Notes: generated by a model not told the origin, from the letters alone. A DNA stretch of 64,000 bases from an uncultured Candidatus Entotheonella sp. (GCA_965215335.1 CBDCDA010000001.1:832001-896000), one strand, 5' to 3'. Positions 33,078 through 45,497 are shown, counted from the stretch's first letter. Translations and numbers: made by a program.

Positions 33078-34826
33078 TTGACGACCCTGTACCGTCGCCT
33101 TCTGACATACGTCTATCCCTACCGGCCCAGCCTGGTGGCGGCGATTCTGTGCAGTGTGGCGCTGTCGGCCACGACGGGGTATGCGGCGCTGCTGGTAAAG
33201 CCGATTCTGGACGAGATTTTCGTGGCGCGCGACACCACGCGGCTGGTGTTCTTCCCGCTGCTGGTGGTGTTGCTGTACGTCGCACGGGGATTCCTGCTGT
33301 ACGGCCAAACTTACCTGATGCGGGCGGTCGGGCAGCGGGTCATCCGCGACCTGCGGCAGGGAATGTTCGCGCACCTGCAGGGCCTGCCGATGACGTATTT
33401 TAATCGCCAGCATACCGGGGTGCTGATGTCGCAGATCATGCACGACGTCACGCTGATCGAGCGCGCCGTCACCGAGGCGGTGTCCATCACGTTGCGGCAG
33501 GGGCTGACCCTGCTGGCGCTGATCGGTGTGGCCATCTACCGCGACTGGGTGCTGGCGCTGTGGGCGCTGCTGGCGCTGCCGTTTGCCTGCCTCTGCATCG
33601 TGCAGCTCGGGCGCGCCCTGCGGCGGCTGAGCCGGCAGGCGCAGGAGCACGTCGGGGCCCTGAATGCGCTGGTGGCGGAGGTGCTGGGCAATATCCGGGT
33701 GGTCAAAGGCTTTGGACGCGAAGGCTACGAAAACACACGCTTCCAGCGCGGCAACGAGGCGTACTGCGACGTCATGCTGCGGGCGGTGCGCACCGACGAG
33801 ATGCGCTCGCCGATCATGGAGTTTCTGGCCGCGGTGGGGGTTGCGGCGGTGATCTGGTACGGTGGCTCACGGGTGATTGCCGGCACGACGACGCCGGGCA
33901 CGTTCTTTTCGTTTCTGACGGCCATCTTCATGATTTACGAGCCGGTGCGGCGGTTGAGCCGCATCAACAGCACCATCCAGAACGCCCTGGCCGCGGCGGG
34001 ACGGGTGTTTGGTCTGCTGGACACGCCGGGCGAGGCAGCGGAAGAAAGCCGCAAGCCGGCGTTGCCGCCGATTCGACACGGACTGACGTTCAACAACGTG
34101 TCGATGCGCTACGACCCCGGTGCGGCTCTGGCGCTCGACGACGTGTCACTGGAGGTATCGGCGGGCAGCGTCGTGGCCCTGGTCGGGGCGAGCGGCGCCG
34201 GCAAGACGTCGCTGGTGCACCTGATCCCGCGTTTTTACGAGCCGGAAAGCGGCTGCATCAGCATCGACGGGCAGGATATTCAGACGGTGTCCCTGGCGTC
34301 GCTGCGGGCGCAGATCGGTATCGTCTCGCAGGACGTCATCCTGTTCGACGACACCGTGCGGCGCAACATCCTGTACGGCAACCCGCAAGCCGACGACGAG
34401 CAGGTCATGGCGGCGGCCCACGCAGCCTACGCGCACGATTTCGTGATGCAACTGCCGGGCGGTTACGACACGATGGTCGGCGAACGCGGCGTCAAATTCT
34501 CCAGCGGCGAAAAGCAGCGCCTGGCGATCGCCCGCGCCCTGCTGCGCGACGCCCCGATCCTCATTCTCGACGAGGCCACCTCCGCGCTCGACAGCGCCGC
34601 CGAGCGCATGGTGCAGCACGCCCTCGAAAACCTCATGCAAGATCGCACCACCTTCGTCATCGCCCACCGCCTCTCCACCGTCCGTCACGCCGACCTCATC
34701 GTCGTCCTGCACGAAGGCCGTATCGTCGAACGCGGCTGCCACGACGACCTCATCGCCGCGTCCGGCCCTTACCGCCGCCTGCACGACCTGCAATTCCGGA
34801 CGCAGGCGCTGGCGTCGGACGGCTGA
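33078..34826 (+). CDS. msbA: Lipid A/LPS flippase-type ABC transporter
   Basis: TM domain plus NBD (GASGAGKT, FSSGEKQR, LDEATSALD); ~582 aa from TTG; follows lptD. Confidence 0.8.
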   Translation: MTTLYRRLLTYVYPYRPSLVAAILCSVALSATTGYAALLVKPILDEIFVARDTTRLVFFPLLVVLLYVARGFLLYGQTYLMRAVGQRVIRDLRQGMFAHLQGLPMTYFNRQHTGVLMSQIMHDVTLIERAVTEAVSITLRQGLTLLALIGVAIYRDWVLALWALLALPFACLCIVQLGRALRRLSRQAQEHVGALNALVAEVLGNIRVVKGFGREGYENTRFQRGNEAYCDVMLRAVRTDEMRSPIMEFLAAVGVAAVIWYGGSRVIAGTTTPGTFFSFLTAIFMIYEPVRRLSRINSTIQNALAAAGRVFGLLDTPGEAAEESRKPALPPIRHGLTFNNVSMRYDPGAALALDDVSLEVSAGSVVALVGASGAGKTSLVHLIPRFYEPESGCISIDGQDIQTVSLASLRAQIGIVSQDVILFDDTVRRNILYGNPQADDEQVMAAAHAAYAHDFVMQLPGGYDTMVGERGVKFSSGEKQRLAIARALLRDAPILILDEATSALDSAAERMVQHALENLMQDRTTFVIAHRLSTVRHADLIVVLHEGRIVERGCHDDLIAASGPYRRLHDLQFRTQALASDG

Positions 34827-34839
34827 CAAGGAGAAGGCG

Positions 34840-35856
34840 ATGACATTGCAGGACTTGCGTTACGTCGTCACGTTGGCGGAGGCCCGGAATTTCGCGCGCG
34901 CCGCGAAAGCCTGCTACGTCAGCCAGCCGACGTTGAGCACCCAGATCAAGAAGCTCGAAGACGAGTTGGGCCTGGCCCTGTTCGAGCGCACCAACAAGCG
35001 CGTCATGCCCACGCCGGCGGGGTTCGAGTTGATCGCGCAGGCGCGGGTGGTGTTGGAGGAAGCGGAGAAGCTTCGGCAGATGGCGCAACAGGCCCTCGAT
35101 CCAATGGCCGGGCCGCTGCGCCTCGGCGTCATCCCCACCTTGGGGCCGTATCTCCTGCCCCACCTTGTACCCCAGTTGCGTGCGGATTATCCGCGCTTGA
35201 GCTTGTATCTCCGGGAGGATCTGACCGCCAATCTGATCAAGCGGCTACGTGCCGGTTCGCTGGATGCGATCCTGCTGGCATTGCCTGTTCGGACCGATGG
35301 ATTGGAACTCATCGAGCTGTTCCGGGAACCGTTTGTGATGGCACTGCCAAAGGACAGCCCGCTGGCCGGCAAGTCGGAGGTGATGGAGACGGACCTGATG
35401 GGGGTGCCGCTGCTGCTGCTCGAAGACGGGCATTGTCTGCGTGATCAGGCTCTGGCGGTCTGCGGCTTGCCGCAACCGCGGGGCACCGAGGATTTCCGCG
35501 CCAGCAGCCTGGAAACGCTGCGGCAGATGGTGGCAGCTGGCGTAGGCTGCACGCTCCTGCCGGCGCTGGCCGCTGCCACCGTGGGAACGGGCGGGACGAA
35601 GCTTGCCAGCGAGAGGCTGATCGAATTGCGTTCCTTCGTGGCCCCGGTCCCCTATCGCACGATTGGCCTGGCCGCGCGACGCGGTTTTCCCCGCATGGAA
35701 ATGGTGCGGGCGTTCGCCGAGTTGATCAAACGCCAAGCGCCTCACGGCGTGGCGTTGATCGCGTCATCGGGAACGCCCGCAGCGTCCGGCGCTGGGACAC
35801 CGGACGACACGCCAGGCCGAGGTCAGGGAGGTCTGATGAAGTCCCGCCGATGCTAA
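34840..35856 (+). CDS. oxyR: Peroxide-sensing LysR regulator OxyR
   Basis: LysR HTH; EDGHCLRDQALAVC redox Cys pair; SSLETLRQMV. Confidence 0.92.
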   Translation: MTLQDLRYVVTLAEARNFARAAKACYVSQPTLSTQIKKLEDELGLALFERTNKRVMPTPAGFELIAQARVVLEEAEKLRQMAQQALDPMAGPLRLGVIPTLGPYLLPHLVPQLRADYPRLSLYLREDLTANLIKRLRAGSLDAILLALPVRTDGLELIELFREPFVMALPKDSPLAGKSEVMETDLMGVPLLLLEDGHCLRDQALAVCGLPQPRGTEDFRASSLETLRQMVAAGVGCTLLPALAAATVGTGGTKLASERLIELRSFVAPVPYRTIGLAARRGFPRMEMVRAFAELIKRQAPHGVALIASSGTPAASGAGTPDDTPGRGQGGLMKSRRC

Positions 35857-35986
35857 CCCGCCGGCCAATTCGCCTTACCCCGGTGGAGAGATCAGTTGCC
35901 CCGGGCCAAGGGGCCGGGATACCCAACAGGAGTCATCGGCTGTTCATACGGAACCCGGTCGCGTTTTGGCGACCGCTCGGACCTCC

Positions 35987-37474
35987 CTAGACCAGGGCCA
36001 TGGCATCCGCAAGCCTGGATTCGACTTCCGTCATGTCCAGCCCGATTTCTTTAGCCACCCCCCAGCCGTAGTCGATGTCCGCCCGGAAGAAATGGCAGAG
36101 CTGGCGCATCTGGATATCCGGCCTTGCCTGCCCGAGGGCACCGGCGATGGCCTTGTGCAGCCGCTCCTGCTCGTCCGGCGGCATGAGGCGGTAGAGATTG
36201 CCCGCCTGCGTGGTGTCGTCGTGATCTTCACGCGAGTCGTAGCGGTCGATCGCGACGTCGCCTAGCGGCAACGCCGGCTCTTTGTACGCCGGGTGATCCT
36301 TCGGCGCCGTGTCGTCGCTGTTGGGGAAGTAATGGGTGGCACTGCCGCCGTGTCCCAGCGACATGAAGCCGTCGCGTTGATAGTGCATTACGGGGCAGCG
36401 CGGGCGGTTGACCGGCAGTTGCTGGTAGTTGTTGCCGACCCGGTAGCGGTGGGCGTCGGCGTAGCTCATCAGGCGCGCCTGGAGCATTTTGTCAGGGCTC
36501 CAGCCGATGCCGGGCACGGTCGCGCTGGGGCTGAACGACGCCTGCTCCACCTCGGCGAAATAATTCTCCGGGTTGCGGTTGAGTTCCAGGATGCCCACCT
36601 CGATCAGCGGAAAGTCCGCGTGCGGCCAGACCTTCGTGAGATCAAACGGATTCCACGGGAACGTCTCGGCCTGCGCCTCGGTCATGACCTGAATGCAGAA
36701 GCGCCAGCGGGGATAATCGCCGCGCTCGATGGCCTCGAAGAGGTCGCGCTGGTGCGACTCCCGATCCCGTCCCGTCAGGGCGGCCGCCTCGGCGTCGGTG
36801 AGGCACGCGATGCCCTGCAGCGTCTTGAAATGGAATTTGCACCACACCCGCTCGCCGTCCGCGTTGATCAGGCTGTACGTATGGCTGCCGTACCCGTTGA
36901 GGTGCCGGTACGACCTGGGCAGGCCGCGGTCCGAAAAGAGGATCGTCACCTGATGCAGGGATTCCGGGCACAGCGACCAGAAATCCCACTGCATGTTCAT
37001 GTCGCGCAGGTTGGTCTGCGGATGGCGCTTCTGGGTGTGGATGAACTGGGCGAACTTGTAGGGGTCACGGACGAAGAACACCGGGGTGTTGTTGCCCACC
37101 ATGTCCCAGTTGCCCTCTTCGGTGTAGAACTTCAGCGCAAAGCCCCGCACGTCGCGCTCCGCATCCGCGGCGCCGCGTTCGCCGGCCACGGTGGAAAAGC
37201 GCAGGAACGCTTCGGTTTCCTTGCCGACCCCGGAGAGAAACGCGGCGCGGGTGTAGCGCGTCACGTCGTGGGTGACCGTGAAGGTGCCGTACGCGCCGGA
37301 GCCCTTGGCGTGCACCACGCGCTCCGGGATACGCTCGCGGTTGAAATGCTGCATCTGCTCCAGGAGTTGTACGTCCTGCATGAGCAGCGGGCCGCGCGCA
37401 CCCGCGGTCAGGGCGTTTTGGTTATCGGCGATGGGCGCGCCGTCAGCCGTGGTCAGGATAGGATGTTGACTCAT
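35987..37474 (-). CDS. katA: Monofunctional heme catalase (small subunit)
   Basis: [27 protein letters not shown] and [12 protein letters not shown]. Confidence 0.96.
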   Translation of the reverse strand: MSQHPILTTADGAPIADNQNALTAGARGPLLMQDVQLLEQMQHFNRERIPERVVHAKGSGAYGTFTVTHDVTRYTRAAFLSGVGKETEAFLRFSTVAGERGAADAERDVRGFALKFYTEEGNWDMVGNNTPVFFVRDPYKFAQFIHTQKRHPQTNLRDMNMQWDFWSLCPESLHQVTILFSDRGLPRSYRHLNGYGSHTYSLINADGERVWCKFHFKTLQGIACLTDAEAAALTGRDRESHQRDLFEAIERGDYPRWRFCIQVMTEAQAETFPWNPFDLTKVWPHADFPLIEVGILELNRNPENYFAEVEQASFSPSATVPGIGWSPDKMLQARLMSYADAHRYRVGNNYQQLPVNRPRCPVMHYQRDGFMSLGHGGSATHYFPNSDDTAPKDHPAYKEPALPLGDVAIDRYDSREDHDDTTQAGNLYRLMPPDEQERLHKAIAGALGQARPDIQMRQLCHFFRADIDYGWGVAKEIGLDMTEVESRLADAMALV

Positions 37475-37581
37475 GGTGTCGTCTCCTCAGTGATCGAGAA
37501 TCACGCGATTGCAAGGCCCCTGGGTGAAGCTGTCTGGGGTCGCGTTGTTGTGCTGAGGGGGAAGATAACGGTCCATCAATG

Positions 37582-37627
37582 ATAAGTAAAATACATAGTA
37601 ATAATGTATGCAATAGCTTAAAACTAT
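37582..37627. promoter_or_regulatory. OxyR-type binding site upstream of catalase
   Basis: ATAG-N7-CTAT at 37613-37627, ATAG-N7-GTAT at 37595-37609, ATAA-N7-ACAT at 37582-37596. Confidence 0.7.
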
Positions 37628-37758
37628 GAATCGAAAATCAAGAAGGAAGCCAAGAGCGTACGGGGCAGCGTTGGCGCCTGCTGAATCCGTGCATTGTGCA
37701 TGTTATCTCGCATGCAGACGTGCCGAGCGGAGAGGAATAGGAAATTCCCGACAACAAG

Positions 37759-40340
37759 TTGACAACCTTTACCGAATCCGACGTCGAATCCGCCACCCTC
37801 CTGGCTGGCGGACAGCGGCTGGCGCACCGCCCACGGCCCCGATATCGCGCCCGGCACGCCGGGCGCCGAGCGCGCCGGTTACGGCGACGTCATCCTGGCG
37901 CGGCTCCTGCGCGATGCCCTCGCCCGCCTCAACCCCGATCTGCCATCCGACACGCTGGACGACGCCTTCCGCAAGCTGACCCACCCGCCAGGAACCACGC
38001 TGGAAGCCCGCAACCGCGCGTTCCACCGCCTGACCGTGGATGGCGTGACGGTGGAATACCGGGATGCCAGCGCCGCGGTCCGTGGCGGCCAGGCCCGCGT
38101 CATCGACTTCGACGACCCCGCCAGCAACGACTGGCTGGCGGTCAACCAGTTCACCGTCGTGGAGAACCGGCGCGAGCGCCGCCCCGACGTGGTGCTGTTC
38201 GTCAACGGCCTGCCGCTGGCGGTCATCGAACTGAAAAACCCGGCCGATGAAGAGGCCACTATCTGGACTGTCTGGCAGCAGTTGCAGACCTGCAAGGCCG
38301 ACATCCCCTCCCTGTTCGTCTTCAACGCCGCGCTTGTCGTGTCGGACGGCCTCGACGCCCGTATCGGCACCCTTACCGCCGAACGGGAATGGTTCAAGCC
38401 CTGGCGCACCATCTCGGGCGAGACCCTGGCCGACCCGCGCGTGCCGCAGCTGCAGGTGATGATCGAGGGCGCCTGTGCGCCGCACCGGTTCCTGGCGCTG
38501 CTCCGCGACTTCATCGTGTTCGAGGACGACGGCAGCGGTGCTCTGGTCAAGAAGATGGCGGGCTACCACCAGTTCCACGCCGTGCAAACGGCAGTCGCCG
38601 AGACCCTGCGCGCCGCCGCGTTGCAACAACAAGTGGCGACTGTTGCCGAGACAGCGGGCCGCTACGAGTCGGGCCGCCAGGCGGGCGGCGAGCCCGGCGA
38701 CCGGCGTATCGGCGTCGTCTGGCACACCCAGGGCTCGGGCAAGAGCCTCACCATGGCCTTCCATGCCGGGCGCGTCATCCGCGCGCCGGCGATGCGCAAC
38801 CCCACCCTCGTCGTGCTGACCGACCGCAATGACCTCGATGACCAGTTGTTCAGAACCTTCTCTCGTTGCCGGGACCTGCTGCGCCAGCCCCCGGCGCAGG
38901 CGGCGAACCGCGCCGACCTGCGCGCCAGGCTGATGGTGAGCGCCGGTGGCGTGGTGTTCACCACCATTCAGAAATTCTTCCCCGAAGAGAAAGGCGACCG
39001 TCACCCGCTGCTGTCCGAGCGGCGCAACGTCGTGGTCATCGCCGACGAAGCGCACCGCAGCCAGTACGACTTCATCGACGGCTACGCGCGCCACCTGCGC
39101 GACGCCCTGCCCAACGCCTCGTTCATCGGCTTCACCGGCACCCCCATCGAACTTGCCGACGCCAGCACCCGCGCCGTGTTCGGCGACCACATCAGCGTCT
39201 ACGACATCCAGCGCGCCGTGCAGGACGGGGCGACCGTGCCGATCTACTACGAAAGCCGCCTCGCCCGGCTGGCGCTCGACGAACACGAACGCCCGGACAT
39301 CGACCCGGACTTCGAGGCGGCCACCGAGGGCGAGGAGATCGACCGCAAGGAGAAGCTCAAGACCAGGCGGGCGCAACTCGAGGCCATCGTCGGCGCCGAC
39401 AAGCGCCTGACGCTCGTCGCCGAGGATATCGTCGCGCACTTCGACCACCGCACCGAGGCCATGGACGACAAGGCGATGGTCGTCTGCATGAGCCGACGCA
39501 TCTGCATCGACCTCTATCTCGCGCTCGTGCGCCTGCGTCCCGACTGGCACGCTGACAGCGACGAGGCGGGCGCCCTGAAGGTAGTGATGACCGGCGCCGC
39601 CTCCGATCCGCCGGACTGGCAGCCCCACATCCGCGACAAGCCGCGGCGCGAGGCACTGGCAAAGCGCTTCCGCGACCCCGGCGACGCGCTGCGCATGGTG
39701 CTGGTACGCGACATGTGGCTCACCGGCTTCGACGCCCCGAGCCTGCACACCATGTACGTCGACAAGCCGATGCGCGGCCACGGCCTGATGCAGGCCGTGG
39801 CGCGGGTCAACCGCGTGTTCCGGGACAAGCCGGGCGGCCTCGCGGTCGATTACCTGGGCTTTCGCCCACGAGCTCAGGCGGGCGGTGGCGACCTACACCG
39901 AGAGCGGTGGCACGGGCGAGACCGCGATGGACCAGGCGCAGGCGGTGGCGGTGATGCGCGAGAAGCACGAAATCTGCTGCGGCCTCTTCCATGGCTTCGA
40001 CCGCGCCGCATGGATCGACGGCACGCCGGCGGCGCGGCTCGGCTTGTTGCCCGCGGCGCAGGAACACGTCCTGGCACAGGACAACGGCAAGGCGCGCTGC
40101 CTGAAGGCGGTGCGGGTGCTCGGCGACGAGACGCTGCGCGGCATCGCCCGAGAGCTGGTGGAAACGGTGCGCAACAACGTCACCATCGACTGGACCCGGC
40201 GCGAGAACGTGCGCGCCAATCTGCGGCGACGGGTCCGGCGCATCCTGCGCCAGCACGGCTACCCGCCGGACAAGCAGGAAAAGGCGACCCGGACGGTGCT
40301 GGAGCAGGCGGAGATGCTGTCCGCGGGTTGGGCGGCGTGA
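37759..40340 (+). pseudogene. hsdR: Type I R-M restriction subunit; frameshifts (~37800, ~39860) and C-terminal internal deletion
   Basis: [40 protein letters not shown] and TIDW...[11 protein letters not shown]. Confidence 0.92.
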
Positions 40341-40532
40341 ACGAGTTGCCGGTCGGGAGGTGTCTCAGCTTGAAATTGCCGGCTCACGCCCCTGGTTGTA
40401 TCCCGAATGCCTTGACGGTAAACTAACGGCTCTTTTGATCCCTCCAACCCCAATCGGCAAGAAACTCCGATGACCCTGTGGCCCTTCTCTCCGTTGCTGT
40501 GGCATACCCAGGCGGGAACGTTCCGGAGCAGT

Positions 40533-42785
40533 GTGACGTGGGAGGCGACGTTCCCCGTCGTGGTTGTCGTCGTCGTTGCCCTGGCCTTCGTTGCCTTGCT
40601 GGTGCGGCAGTGGTTCGACCTGGCGCCGCGCACCTCGCGGCGCGCGCGGTGGGGGCTGACGGCGCTGCGATTCGGGGCCTGCGCGCTGGTCCTGGTCATG
40701 CTGCTCAACCCTGCCCTGCTGATCCAGAAGGTGATGCTGGTCCTGCCGCGGCTGGCGGTGCTGGTGGACACCTCCGGCAGCATGGGGTTGGCCACGGACG
40801 GCGAGCGCACGCGCCTGCAAGGGGTGGTCGATTATCTGCACGATGAGCAGCGCGCGGCGCTGGACAAGCTGGCCGAGCGGTATGACATCGCCCTGTACCA
40901 GTTCGACGACACGGTGCGGATGCTGCCGCGCGACGACCTGCCGCAGGTAAAACCGGGCGGACGCCGGACGGACCTGGTCGGTGCCGTGACCCAGGTGCTC
41001 GACGACAACCGCAGCGCGCCGGGGCAGATCGGCGGCGTCATGGTGCTCAGCGACGGCGTGCATCACGGCTCGGACACCGGCCTCGGCTACCTGCGACGGG
41101 CGGGCGTGCCCGTGGTGGCCGTCGGCGTGGGCGATCTGGACACGTACCGGGACATCCGCGTCGTTGACGTGCAGGCGCCGTCGCTGACCTTTCTGCATTA
41201 CCCGGCAGACGTCACCGCCACCATCCAGGTCTGGGGCTATGCCGGCGAAACGCTGGCCGTCGTCCTGCAACGCGACGGCCGGGTCGTGGCGACGCAGCGC
41301 CTGCTGGTCGCTTCGGACGCCTCCGAGCAGCACATGATCTTCCCTTTGGAGCCGGACACGATTGGCGAATTTGCCTATACGGTCAGCATTGCCCCGCGCC
41401 TCGGCGAGGCGCTCACCGATAACAACCGCGCCGATTTTCCGCTCTCCGTCGTGCGCGACAAAATCCGCGTGCTGCTGGTGTGCGGTAGCCCCACCTGGAA
41501 TTACCGCTTCCTGCGCCAGGCCCTCAAGCTCGACCCCAGCATCGACCTGCTGTCGTTCGTCATCCTGCGCACCGCCAATGACGTGGTGAACGTGCCGGAG
41601 AGCCAGCTCAGCCTCATCCCGTTCCCCACCGAGCGGCTATTCATGCAGGAGCTGCGGAACTTCGACCTGATCATCTTCGAGAATTTCGACTCGCGGCGTT
41701 ATTTTCCGGTGACCTACCTGCAGAACGTGGCGCGCTACGTCATGGACGGTGGCGCCTTTGCGATGATCGGCGGGCCGCTGGCGTTTTCGCAGGGCGGCTA
41801 CATGGGCACGCCCATCGAGGCCATCCTGCCGGTGTCCCTGCGCCGCGAGCGTCGCGATTATCAGCAGGTCACGCACCAGTTGACGCTGACCGAGGAGGGC
41901 CGCACGCACCCGATTACGCGGCTGTCGTCGGACGACCGGGAAAACCAGCGCATCTGGGAATCCATGCCGGAACTGGACGCCCTCAACCGTGTCGGCCGCG
42001 CCAAGCCCGGCGCCACCGTCCTGGCGGTGACCAGTGAGCCTTCCGAGGACGGCCCCGGCGCGCCGCTGCTGGCCATGCAGCCCGTCGGTGAGGGCCGTAC
42101 CCTGGCGCTGATGAGCGATTACACCTGGAAGTGGAATTTTCAGCTGGCCGGCCGGATGGACTCGAATCAGTACTACCTGCAGTTCGTCCGCCAGATGGTG
42201 CGCTGGCTCATCCACGACCCTGTGCTGAAGCAGGTCCGCAGTATGGCCGACGCCCGGGGATTTCCCGTTGGCAGCGAAGTTACCGGCCTGTTTCAGGTGT
42301 TGCAGGACGATTACCGTCCCGCCACGGAGGCCGTGCTGCGCCCCACCTTGCGCACCCCGAAAGGGCGGGAGATCGCCGTGCCGTACCGCCCGACCGGTAA
42401 TCCGGGCGAATACCGCTACCGCTTCCGGGCCGAGGAGGAAGGATTGTACGAACTCGACGTGCAGGCCCGGATCATGGACAAGACGCACGAGGCCAACCGC
42501 TTGTTGCTGCCCGTTCGCCGTCCGGGCAACGAAAACCACAGCGGCGCACCGAACCACGACCTGTTGCGCGACATCGCCGACCGTACGGACGGCACCTTCT
42601 TCGCCCTGGACGACCGCGCCCGGCCCACCTTGGCCAGCCTGGCGCAGTTCTTTGGCGGCACGCCGGATTACCGTGTGCTGGAGGAGACCCGGCTGCGCTT
42701 GCGTGAATCCCTGCCGCTGTTCATGCTGCTCCTCACCGTTCTGGCCGTCGAGTGGTGGTGGCGGCGGCGCGCCGGTTTACTGTAA
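40533..42785 (+). CDS. Membrane VWA + glutamine-amidotransferase-like (DUF1355-type) protein of the MoxR module
   Basis: DTSGSM, VLSDG, FAMIGGPLAFSQGGY.GTPI..ILPV and EWWWRRR terminus; GTG 40533 with GGAG. Confidence 0.8.
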   Translation: MTWEATFPVVVVVVVALAFVALLVRQWFDLAPRTSRRARWGLTALRFGACALVLVMLLNPALLIQKVMLVLPRLAVLVDTSGSMGLATDGERTRLQGVVDYLHDEQRAALDKLAERYDIALYQFDDTVRMLPRDDLPQVKPGGRRTDLVGAVTQVLDDNRSAPGQIGGVMVLSDGVHHGSDTGLGYLRRAGVPVVAVGVGDLDTYRDIRVVDVQAPSLTFLHYPADVTATIQVWGYAGETLAVVLQRDGRVVATQRLLVASDASEQHMIFPLEPDTIGEFAYTVSIAPRLGEALTDNNRADFPLSVVRDKIRVLLVCGSPTWNYRFLRQALKLDPSIDLLSFVILRTANDVVNVPESQLSLIPFPTERLFMQELRNFDLIIFENFDSRRYFPVTYLQNVARYVMDGGAFAMIGGPLAFSQGGYMGTPIEAILPVSLRRERRDYQQVTHQLTLTEEGRTHPITRLSSDDRENQRIWESMPELDALNRVGRAKPGATVLAVTSEPSEDGPGAPLLAMQPVGEGRTLALMSDYTWKWNFQLAGRMDSNQYYLQFVRQMVRWLIHDPVLKQVRSMADARGFPVGSEVTGLFQVLQDDYRPATEAVLRPTLRTPKGREIAVPYRPTGNPGEYRYRFRAEEEGLYELDVQARIMDKTHEANRLLLPVRRPGNENHSGAPNHDLLRDIADRTDGTFFALDDRARPTLASLAQFFGGTPDYRVLEETRLRLRESLPLFMLLLTVLAVEWWWRRRAGLL

Positions 42786-42798
42786 GGATTTGGGAGAT

Positions 42799-42996
42799 AT
42801 GACACCCGAGGAAATTCAGGCTCTGCGCGAGCATACGGAAATGACCCACGTGCAGATGGCACAGCTCTTTCGCGTGCGGCCGGCGGACGTGATCGCCTGG
42901 GAAAACGGCGAGTTGGAACCCGACGAGGAGGAGTTGGAGAAGTTGCAACGGTTGTCGGCTTCCGGCGCCAAGAAGGCCCGGTTCAAGTTCAATTGA
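42799..42996 (+). CDS. Small Cro/XRE-type HTH protein (65 aa)
   Basis: MTPEEIQALRE...QMAQLFRV....VIAWENG..EP; GGAG RBS. Confidence 0.75.
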   Translation: MTPEEIQALREHTEMTHVQMAQLFRVRPADVIAWENGELEPDEEELEKLQRLSASGAKKARFKFN

Positions 42997-43147
42997 GTTG
43001 CAGGCCGACATTTTTTCCCTTTGAAGAACATTTTTGTTGCGCTTGATACAAAAATGCCCCGAACAGGGAGGGTGTTTCCACACCCTGAGCCGCCCACAAG
43101 GCCGCCACGCCGCTCGTTTGCGAGGTGTTGGACCCTGTCGCCGTTCA

Positions 43148-43163
43148 TGGCATGGATGTTGCT
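43148..43163 (+). promoter_or_regulatory. Sigma54 promoter of glnB-glnA
   Basis: TGGCAT-GGATG-TTGCT (GG-N10-GC). Confidence 0.8.
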
Positions 43164-43177
43164 CGCTTATTGTTTGA

Positions 43178-43654
<477 letters not shown>

Positions 43655-43710
43655 GCGATGTCGGCCGGCGCTGATTCCGTCGTTGCGCGTCAAGCAAGGA
43701 GGCAATTGTC

Positions 43711-45123
43711 ATGACACCGAGTGAAGTACTCAAACTGGCTGCGGACAAGGGGGCCAAGGTCCTCGATCTGCGCTTTCTGGATTTTCCGGGCCTGTGGCAG
43801 CACATGACCCATCCCATCAGCGAGCTCACCGAGGACCTGTTCAGCGAGGGTCTTGGCTTCGACGGCTCCAGCATCCGCGGCTGGCAGGCGATCAACGCCA
43901 GCGACATGCTGGTGATTCCCGACCCCGCCACGGCCCGCATGGACCCGTTCATGAAAGAGCCCACCCTGGTGATGATCTGCGACATCGTGGATCCGCTGAC
44001 CCACGAGCGTTACACCCGCGACCCCCGCAACATTGCCAAGAAGGCCGAGGCCTACGTGCAGGCCAGCGGGATTGCAGATACCGTCTACGTGGGGCCGGAA
44101 GCGGAGTTCTTCATCCTGGACGACATCCGTTACGACAGCAACGAGCATTCCGCGTACTACTTCGTGGATTCGGTGGAAGGGCAGTGGAACACCGGGCGCG
44201 TCGAGGGACCCAACCTGGGCTACAAGCCGCGCTTCAAGGAAGGCTACTTCCCCGTGCCGCCCTCAGACAGCATGCACGACATCCGCACCGAGATGATCCT
44301 GACCATGGAAAAGCTGGGCATCCGCGTCGAGACGCATCACCACGAGGTCGCCACCGCCGGCCAGGCCGAGATCGACATGCGCTTCAATTCCCTGGTGGCC
44401 ATGGCCGACAACCTCATGTGGTACAAGTACATCATCAAGAACGTGGCGCGGCGCTACAACAAGACGGTCACGTTCATGCCCAAGCCGCTGTACAACGACA
44501 ACGGCAGCGGCATGCACACGCACCAGAGCCTGTGGAAGGACGGTCGACCACTGTTTGCGGGCGACGGGTACGCCGGGATCAGCCAGATGTGCCTCAACTA
44601 CATCGGCGGCATCCTCAGGCACGCCCCGGCGCTGTGTGCCTTCGTGGCGCCGACCACCAATTCGTACAAGCGCTTGGTGCCGGGCTTCGAGGCGCCGGTC
44701 AACCTGGCGTATTCCAGTCGCAACCGCAGTGCCGCGGTGCGTATCCCCATGTACTCGCCGAGCCCGAAGGCGAAGCGCATCGAGGTGCGCTTCCCCGATC
44801 CGTCCTGCAACGGCTACCTGGCCTTTGCTGCCATGCTCATGGCGGGTCTGGACGGCATCGAAAATCGCATCGATCCCGGCGAGCCGCTGGACAAGGACAT
44901 TTATGCCCTCACGCCCGCGGAGCTCGGCAAGGTTCCCTCCGTGCCGGGTTCGCTCGAAGGCGCCCTCGATGCTCTGGAACAGGACCACGACTTTCTGCTC
45001 AAGGGCGACGTGTTCACCGCCGACGCCATCGGCCAGTGGATCGAGTACAAGCGCTCGAATGAAGTGGACGAGGTCCGCCTGCGGCCGCATCCGTTCGAGT
45101 TCAAGCTGTACTTCGATATCTAG
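43711..45123 (+). CDS. glnA: Glutamine synthetase type I
   Basis: [33 protein letters not shown] and DKDIY adenylylation site. Confidence 0.98.
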   Translation: MTPSEVLKLAADKGAKVLDLRFLDFPGLWQHMTHPISELTEDLFSEGLGFDGSSIRGWQAINASDMLVIPDPATARMDPFMKEPTLVMICDIVDPLTHERYTRDPRNIAKKAEAYVQASGIADTVYVGPEAEFFILDDIRYDSNEHSAYYFVDSVEGQWNTGRVEGPNLGYKPRFKEGYFPVPPSDSMHDIRTEMILTMEKLGIRVETHHHEVATAGQAEIDMRFNSLVAMADNLMWYKYIIKNVARRYNKTVTFMPKPLYNDNGSGMHTHQSLWKDGRPLFAGDGYAGISQMCLNYIGGILRHAPALCAFVAPTTNSYKRLVPGFEAPVNLAYSSRNRSAAVRIPMYSPSPKAKRIEVRFPDPSCNGYLAFAAMLMAGLDGIENRIDPGEPLDKDIYALTPAELGKVPSVPGSLEGALDALEQDHDFLLKGDVFTADAIGQWIEYKRSNEVDEVRLRPHPFEFKLYFDI

Positions 45124-45155
45124 ATCCCGTTTGCACAAGACGGCTTGACTTAGGG

Positions 45156-45190
45156 CCCTCCCCCTTGAGGGGGAGGGTTGGGATGGGTGG
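45156..45190 (+). repeat. Perfect hairpin CCCTCCCCC-TTGA-GGGGGAGGG (REP-like; may act as glnA 3' stem)
   Basis: 9-bp stem with TTGA loop, same core as repeats at 2207, 7828 and 8283; between convergent genes. Confidence 0.7.
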
Positions 45191-45231
45191 TTCCCGTCGG
45201 CACCCGATCCCACCTTTTGACGAGAGGACCG

Positions 45232-45405
45232 TTACGCTTCCTTCTTGGCGACGAAATGCCGCAGCAGGAACGCCGCATCGGCAGGAGAGAGATCGAAACG
45301 CAGGCAAGCTTCATCCACCACCTGTACCGAGAAGGTCCCCTGTTCGGAAATCCACCGTACCGCCCGCCGCAGGTTTTCCTTTTCCGGCAGTATTGATTCG
45401 CTCAT
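45232..45405 (-). CDS. Small hypothetical protein (57 aa)
   Basis: MSESILPEKENLRRAVRWISE...RFDLSPADAAFL; AAGGGGTG RBS-like; resembles a small conserved family (from memory). Confidence 0.6.
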   Translation of the reverse strand: MSESILPEKENLRRAVRWISEQGTFSVQVVDEACLRFDLSPADAAFLLRHFVAKKEA

Positions 45406-45497
45406 AATCACCCCTTTCCAGGACTTGATCGTTATTTCCAGGTCACCCACTCCGCCTTGATTGAACCGCGACACGCGGGTACGGAGACCCCGAAACC

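Noticed and set aside
43020..43060. NtrC-type enhancer upstream of the glnB sigma54 promoter
   Set aside because: Plausible by position but only a degenerate match to TGCAC-N5-TGGTGCA.
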